NCBI GenBank assembly: GCA_965203905.1
Contig: CBDBDQ010000005.1
Coordinates: forward strand, 1,024,001 to 1,088,000
Reading direction: 5' to 3'
Length of the DNA stretch: 64,000 bases
Source: Spirochaetia bacterium
GTDB lineage: Bacteria; Spirochaetota; Spirochaetia; SZUA-6; Bin103
The position numbers and the translations under genes are program-made. Of the stretch, positions 58,714-64,000 are shown one piece after another (position 1 is the first letter of the stretch; every line of letters begins with the position of its first letter). The notes below the pieces were generated by a model. It was given only the letters and a program-made list of their open reading frames with translations, was not told the DNA's origin and searched no databases.

Positions 58714-61700
58714 ATGAGCGAAGCGAACCCAAAGGAGATACGCGGTCCCGCAACAGGCGATGGCGACACTGATGCGGTGGCTCCAGCCGTGGGCATGAGC
58801 CCCTACGCTACCGGCGGTGGCGGCGTAACCTTCGAGCGGAAGGTAGCGGTCCAGTACCTCGCTCACTTACTTGTTGGCGATGGTGCGAGCGAACTCGGAG
58901 ACGGCCGCCGTGTCGTGAGCGTCGCGTTCCAGCAGGCCCCGGACCACGCGGTCGACGATCTAGTGGTGTACGCAGCACGCCCCGACGAGTTGCGGCCGTC
59001 GTTGGTGCTCGCCCTCGGTATCCGGCGTTCGCCGAGGTTCGTACCGAGTGACCAGTCGACGCAAGAGCTTGTCCGACAATTCGTCCGTACTTTGCTCGAC
59101 GCCTCAACGGACGGACCGGAACACCGGTTCGGCATCGTTGTCGCGGGACCACAATCGCACGCCGAGCAACTGGCGAGGCTGGCCGACCTTGCCAAAGACC
59201 AGTTGGACGCGCCCGGCTTCTTCGGTCTCGTCCGCACGCCACACAAGTTCGAAGCTGCCGTTCGCGGCAGGCTCGATCAACTCGCGAAACTCCTGGAGCG
59301 CGCGCTACGCGACCTCGGCGTGGACAACGCCGACGTAGCGCAGGTAGAGCGGTGCGCGTGGGAGCTGCTCTCGCGGCTTTCCGTCTTGATGCCGCGGATC
59401 GAGTCACCGGACGACACGGACTGGCCGGCCGTAGCGAACAGCCTAATTCCGGTAGCGCGGGGTTCTGATCTCACAGCAGCGTCGGCACTTTGCGATCGGC
59501 TCGTCACCCTTGCCGGTGAGTATTCGCCGAAGTCTGCGCGAGTCGATCTCAAGCTGTTGCGACGCGACGTGCACGCAATACTCGACTCGGCGACGCGACG
59601 TCACAAGCAGGGCTGGCAGGCGCTCGAACATCTCCACCGCAGGGCGGTTGCATCGGTGCGCCACGAGATCACTGCGAGTGGCGACGGGCGCCGCATACGC
59701 CTGGATCGAAGCGATGCGGTCGCGAAGCTGGTTGCAACTGCGAGGGACGCCCTGGCGGTCGTCGCATGCGGAGAGTCAGGTGTAGGCAAGAGCGCACTCA
59801 CGATCTTGGGCATCACCGCAATGTGCACTGCTGACCTGGACAGCCTGCAGGCGTTGTGCATCAATCTTCGCCACACCCCCAAGCTGACGGTCGAGTTCGA
59901 GGCCACTTTGGGCTGCCCGCTCTCGGCAATTCTGGGCGAACTGAGTGCACCGCAACGCATGCTCATCGTTGACGGCGCAGACGCCGTGGCGGAAGGGATG
60001 GAAGACGCATTCCGCTACCTGGTTGACGCAGCTCGGGAAAGCGACGTAAAGGTAGTCGCCGTTACCTCGGTCGATAGCGCGCAGGTCGTGCGAGACATAC
60101 TCACCGAGCGCTTCGGCACCGGTGTCGCGGACCATTCCGTTGCCTCACTTACCGACAGCGAGATAGACGAAATCGTTCGGACCTTCCCCGAGCTGAGCAA
60201 GCTCAATGCCAATGCCCGGTCCCGTGAACTCCTGCGCCGGCTTGTCCTGGCCGATCTGCTTGTTCGTGGTCGCGTCCGCGACGTTCCGCTGACCGAGGCA
60301 GACGCGATGCGAGAGGTATGGTCCGGGCTCGTCCGCCGACACGAGAAGTCCGACAGAGGAGATCCCGACGCGCGGGAGGTGGCACTCCTTCGACTCGCCG
60401 ATCTCGACCTTACGGGCGGCGAACGCTTCGGAGTCATCAGGGAGATTGATCCCGCTGCTCTCCACGGTTTGCGCCACGACGGACTACTGCGAACTTCGCC
60501 GGACGATCCGTTCACGATCGGTCCCGAGTTCGCGCACGACGAAGTGCGACGCTACGCGGTCGCAAGACTTCTGCTGTCCGGCGACACCCCAGCTTCGAGA
60601 ATCCTGAAAGCTGGCGCGCCGCGCTGGTCGCTATCGGCAGCCCGACTCGCGAGTGAGGCATGGTTGGGGCGGCTCGACACCAGCAGTACTCCGATGGGGG
60701 GCAGGCTCGGTGTGTTGCAGGCATCGTTTGACCGGCTCGTCGACGCTGGCCATGGAGCTCGCTGGGGGGACGTACCCGGTGAAGCCCTGCTGTCGACTGC
60801 CGATCCCCAGGCGCTGCTCCGGAGAGCGTGGCCCGGTCTGCTTGCCGATGACGCCGCGGGCCTGCGGCGGCTTGCCCGTCTGGTTGACCAGCGACACCGC
60901 GATGAGAATGGCATCGTCAACCTCGCCACCGTTGAGCCCATCATCACGCGGGTGCTTGAGGACGGAAGACCATGGCGTTTCGGCGAGTACGCCCAGGACC
61001 TGCTACGGGACTGGTTACGAGCACATGTGATTGCCAAGACTGTCACCGGCCATCCGCTACGCACCCTGCTTCGCGAGCGCCTGGTTGAGGCGTGCGCAGC
61101 AGGTGACCGTCGCCTTGCAAAGGAGCGGGAGGCCGAACTTGCGAGAAGCCCAGCCGAAGAGAGGCCGCTGGGGCCAAAACGGACAAATCTGCTGCCCTTG
61201 GGGTTCCTCCTTCCCACTCTTCGGCGGCTTTTCGGCCAAGCCTCAAAGGGCTCTGCCCGCACGCCAAAGGAAGTCGAGAAGGCGCGCCGGTTCGCCAAGC
61301 GCCACAAGCTCTTCGCGGAGATCGGCGACGGTGGCAGGCGCCGCAGACAACGACCGAGGGTTCCCCGCGAGATCACAGATGCGATCGTACTCGAACTGCT
61401 TGCACTGTGCGGTCCGGACCTTGGTAGCGACGGTGAGGCGATCCTCTGCCGAGTCGCGCGGGATGCACCGTCGTGGCTCGCTCCTGCTGTAGAGGAAGCC
61501 TTTACGGGACGCGCACTCGGCAACTATGGCCGTGGCCTTCTGGCCCGTCTGACCGAGGCGTACTATCTCGATGACGAGTCCAGCGGTTCCAGGTTCGGTG
61601 ACGACGGGATCCACCGTCACCGTGCTCGGAGCTTCGGTATTTTCCACCAGTTCGCGTATTTCCGTGGCCCGTTCATGCCACTCCTTCAGTCCGACTTCAG

Positions 61701-64000
61701 CAACGGTGTCGCAGTGATCAACCGTCTACTTAACCATGCCGCACGCATTCGCGTACGCACCCTGGCCCGGCTCGGACCGGTCGGCCCGCCGTTCCACGTT
61801 GGCATTGGTCACGAGACCGAACTCGAAATCACGGGTACACGCCGACTCTACATCGGTGATGAGCATGTTTGGCGCTGGTACCGAGGAACCGCTGTCGGAC
61901 CTTATCCTTGTATGAGCGCACTGCAAGCGCTGGAGCGGGTATGCGACCAATTGATCAAGGTCGACATCTCGATCGAAACCGTGATTGCAATACTCCTCCG
62001 CGATTGCGACAACATCGCGATGGTCGGCCTCGTCGTTGGACTCCTCGTACGGCATCTTGAGAACACGGGCCGTCTCCTGGACCCGTACCTTGCAGAACCG
62101 GTCATCTGGCATCACGAGTTCACACGAATCACAGACGAGATGAGCGGACTCGCAGCCGATTCCGAGGGACTCGTCAATCCTGACCGACGGAAATGGTCGC
62201 TACGCGAGGCTGCCGGGTGCATGGTCCTGAGAGCCGACGAGAGACGTGCGGCGGAACTACGCGCGGTCGGCGAGACGCTCGTGGCGAAGGCACGTCGCGA
62301 CATCGAGTCGGCAAGCGACGAAAGTGGTACCGAACCGGCAAGGGACGCGAGTGATTCCGCTGAACACCAGTTGGCGGCAGTGCGCGCTTGGGCGAGCAGC
62401 CTAGATCGCAGCACGTACCGAGCCTATGACGCTCCCAATGGCCTGTACATTCAGTCCAAGCCACCGAATAACGTGGCGCAAGCGTTGGATCGCAGCAACG
62501 AGGAACTGAAACGCGTACAAGCGACGACTCGATTGGTAGTCCGCTACCATTTCGAGCGAAAGAGTGGCGGTGCTAGTGGGATCGGGCCAGAAGAACTGAC
62601 CACTGATCTGGCAACGGCCCGAGGGCTGCTTGAGAACCCACCGTCCCGCGGAGTGCTTGATCGATGGGAGGCGCCCGCCATTGTCTCCGTAGCAGCACTC
62701 GAATCACACTTTCTGAGTAGGCTCGATCTCCCTTACGAAGCGCTTTCATTCGCGGCCGAGACTGTACTTGAGATCGGAGAGGCGGAGGCGACGGCGAAGG
62801 ACGAGTTCGATCCTTCGTATTATGAACAGGGCGCCGACCGCAGCGCCGCACGGGCCGTGCCGCTGCTACTTCTACCGGCTGCCGACCGACTCCGTTCCGT
62901 TATTGACAAGATGGACGGTTCGACCATCTTCGAGCGCGCCGTAGCGGCCGGCATGAAACTTGCACAATCTGGTACGGACGAAGTGCCGCTCCACCTCGCA
63001 CGTGGCTTGGATCACCTCTGGAAGACGCCGTGCACGGAAGATGGGCGTTGTCATCATGACGTGGGATGGCAAATCGCCACTGAAACGATGCGCTATTGCA
63101 TAATCCGCTGGGATCCAGATACTAACGGACACAGCGTGCTTCCACTCAAAGAGCCGTACACCAAGTCGCTACGTCGCGTTGACGACAGCTCGATCCTCGT
63201 GCTTCGCCTCGATGCTGCAATACGGGCGCTGGCCCCGGCCGCTACATCCGGCATATGCGTATCGGCTCGGGCGCGCGAGTTGCTATTGACTTTGCTCGCT
63301 GCTCAACGGCGCTCGCTACTCAGCGAAGACCACTACGACGCAGATCCTCGAGGTTCACACACTCTCTTGAGTGCACGCGCTCTGCTGACACTGGCTGAAG
63401 AGTGCGATGATGCGCCTATTCGCGAGCACATTGGTGCTTACGCCGATAGCCCCGAACTTCTCGGCCATTTGCTCAACGCGCTATCAGCGGCGGCGGAAGA
63501 GACACTCGAGCGAGCGACAGCGGCGCGAAGGATTTGGCCGAACGTTGTTCGGCACGTCCTGGAGTTGAATGAGTCAGGTCACACCCCGTTCGAAGTTGGA
63601 ATCTCCGGCGACATGACGCTTGCAGCGCTTATCCCGAACGCCACGGGCGAGGCTTTTTTTCTCTACCCGGAGGTTGAGGACAGCCGTATTCCATGGTGGC
63701 GGCCGCTAGAGATGCAACCAGAGGTCGAGGCATGGCTCACGACGGCGGCCGGTAGACCGTATTGTGTCGACCATCTGGTCCACTTCCTCCGCGTTCTCAC
63801 ACCCGAAGAGCAAGTCCGAACCGGGCTGTCGTGGGTGTCAAAGCTCGTGAGCGCGGATCCTGACCATGCCGCTAGGGACGCCCTTGCGCTCTCGACTTGG
63901 CTAGTCGAGTCACGCCCAGTGGCTGAAGATGCCGGTCTCTCGGCCAGTTGGCAGGAGGTCGTCGATGCGCTCGTAGTTGCCGGCGTGAGGCAACTCGCGC
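58714..64000 (+). CDS. large Avs-like STAND NTPase (>1750 aa; stop lies outside the window)
   Basis: Read by hand in frame +1 with no stop seen. Motifs SPYATGGGGVTFERKVA...VDDLVV, Walker A GESGVGKS (about 59770), Walker B LIVDGAD and EFAHDEVRRYA, then a long helical C-terminus. Start is 58714 or 58795. Confidence 0.88.
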   Translation, partial: MSEANPKEIRGPATGDGDTDAVAPAVGMSPYATGGGGVTFERKVAVQYLAHLLVGDGASELGDGRRVVSVAFQQAPDHAVDDLVVYAARPDELRPSLVLALGIRRSPRFVPSDQSTQELVRQFVRTLLDASTDGPEHRFGIVVAGPQSHAEQLARLADLAKDQLDAPGFFGLVRTPHKFEAAVRGRLDQLAKLLERALRDLGVDNADVAQVERCAWELLSRLSVLMPRIESPDDTDWPAVANSLIPVARGSDLTAASALCDRLVTLAGEYSPKSARVDLKLLRRDVHAILDSATRRHKQGWQALEHLHRRAVASVRHEITASGDGRRIRLDRSDAVAKLVATARDALAVVACGESGVGKSALTILGITAMCTADLDSLQALCINLRHTPKLTVEFEATLGCPLSAILGELSAPQRMLIVDGADAVAEGMEDAFRYLVDAARESDVKVVAVTSVDSAQVVRDILTERFGTGVADHSVASLTDSEIDEIVRTFPELSKLNANARSRELLRRLVLADLLVRGRVRDVPLTEADAMREVWSGLVRRHEKSDRGDPDAREVALLRLADLDLTGGERFGVIREIDPAALHGLRHDGLLRTSPDDPFTIGPEFAHDEVRRYAVARLLLSGDTPASRILKAGAPRWSLSAARLASEAWLGRLDTSSTPMGGRLGVLQASFDRLVDAGHGARWGDVPGEALLSTADPQALLRRAWPGLLADDAAGLRRLARLVDQRHRDENGIVNLATVEPIITRVLEDGRPWRFGEYAQDLLRDWLRAHVIAKTVTGHPLRTLLRERLVEACAAGDRRLAKEREAELARSPAEERPLGPKRTNLLPLGFLLPTLRRLFGQASKGSARTPKEVEKARRFAKRHKLFAEIGDGGRRRRQRPRVPREITDAIVLELLALCGPDLGSDGEAILCRVARDAPSWLAPAVEEAFTGRALGNYGRGLLARLTEAYYLDDESSGSRFGDDGIHRHRARSFGIFHQFAYFRGPFMPLLQSDFSNGVAVINRLLNHAARIRVRTLARLGPVGPPFHVGIGHETELEITGTRRLYIGDEHVWRWYRGTAVGPYPCMSALQALERVCDQLIKVDISIETVIAILLRDCDNIAMVGLVVGLLVRHLENTGRLLDPYLAEPVIWHHEFTRITDEMSGLAADSEGLVNPDRRKWSLREAAGCMVLRADERRAAELRAVGETLVAKARRDIESASDESGTEPARDASDSAEHQLAAVRAWASSLDRSTYRAYDAPNGLYIQSKPPNNVAQALDRSNEELKRVQATTRLVVRYHFERKSGGASGIGPEELTTDLATARGLLENPPSRGVLDRWEAPAIVSVAALESHFLSRLDLPYEALSFAAETVLEIGEAEATAKDEFDPSYYEQGADRSAARAVPLLLLPAADRLRSVIDKMDGSTIFERAVAAGMKLAQSGTDEVPLHLARGLDHLWKTPCTEDGRCHHDVGWQIATETMRYCIIRWDPDTNGHSVLPLKEPYTKSLRRVDDSSILVLRLDAAIRALAPAATSGICVSARARELLLTLLAAQRRSLLSEDHYDADPRGSHTLLSARALLTLAEECDDAPIREHIGAYADSPELLGHLLNALSAAAEETLERATAARRIWPNVVRHVLELNESGHTPFEVGISGDMTLAALIPNATGEAFFLYPEVEDSRIPWWRPLEMQPEVEAWLTTAAGRPYCVDHLVHFLRVLTPEEQVRTGLSWVSKLVSADPDHAARDALALSTWLVESRPVAEDAGLSASWQEVVDALVVAGVRQLA

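Noticed and set aside
58867-63132. Many short ORFs listed in the last 5 kb
   Set aside because: All overlap the single large plus-strand STAND gene.

Overview
This high-GC bacterial window (lineage not determinable with certainty; the HD/CCA-like protein hints at Spirochaetota) alternates housekeeping blocks with accessory, defence-like islands. Housekeeping: fabV (partial), trpB2, trmH, an AIR-synthase-like gene, recQ, a Na+-pumping methylmalonyl-CoA decarboxylase operon, nadA-nadC-nadB, three ABC transporter loci (one with a YtrA-type GntR and its operator) and an Rrf2-sufBCDSU-nfu Fe-S operon. Accessory island 1 (about 9.5-28.9 kb) holds an AAA_15 ATPase plus PD-(D/E)xK-like pair, MazEF, a coupled SNF2-Mre11-Rad50-like operon, an SDH/ClpP-fold protease with a small partner, many gene remnants and an AT-rich 10-bp-periodic tract. 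Accessory region 2 (about 49.7-64 kb) holds an NYN ribonuclease coupled to an effector-less STAND NTPase, Fic, AAA_14/DUF4143, an IrrE-like protein lacking HExxH, and a >1750-aa Avs-like STAND protein that runs off the right edge and is absent from the ORF track. The best candidates for undescribed systems are the NYN + STAND pair and the SNF2-Mre11-Rad50 operon. I saw no rRNA, tRNA, CRISPR array, intact transposase or integrase. All family calls come from motif recognition by eye, not database searches.
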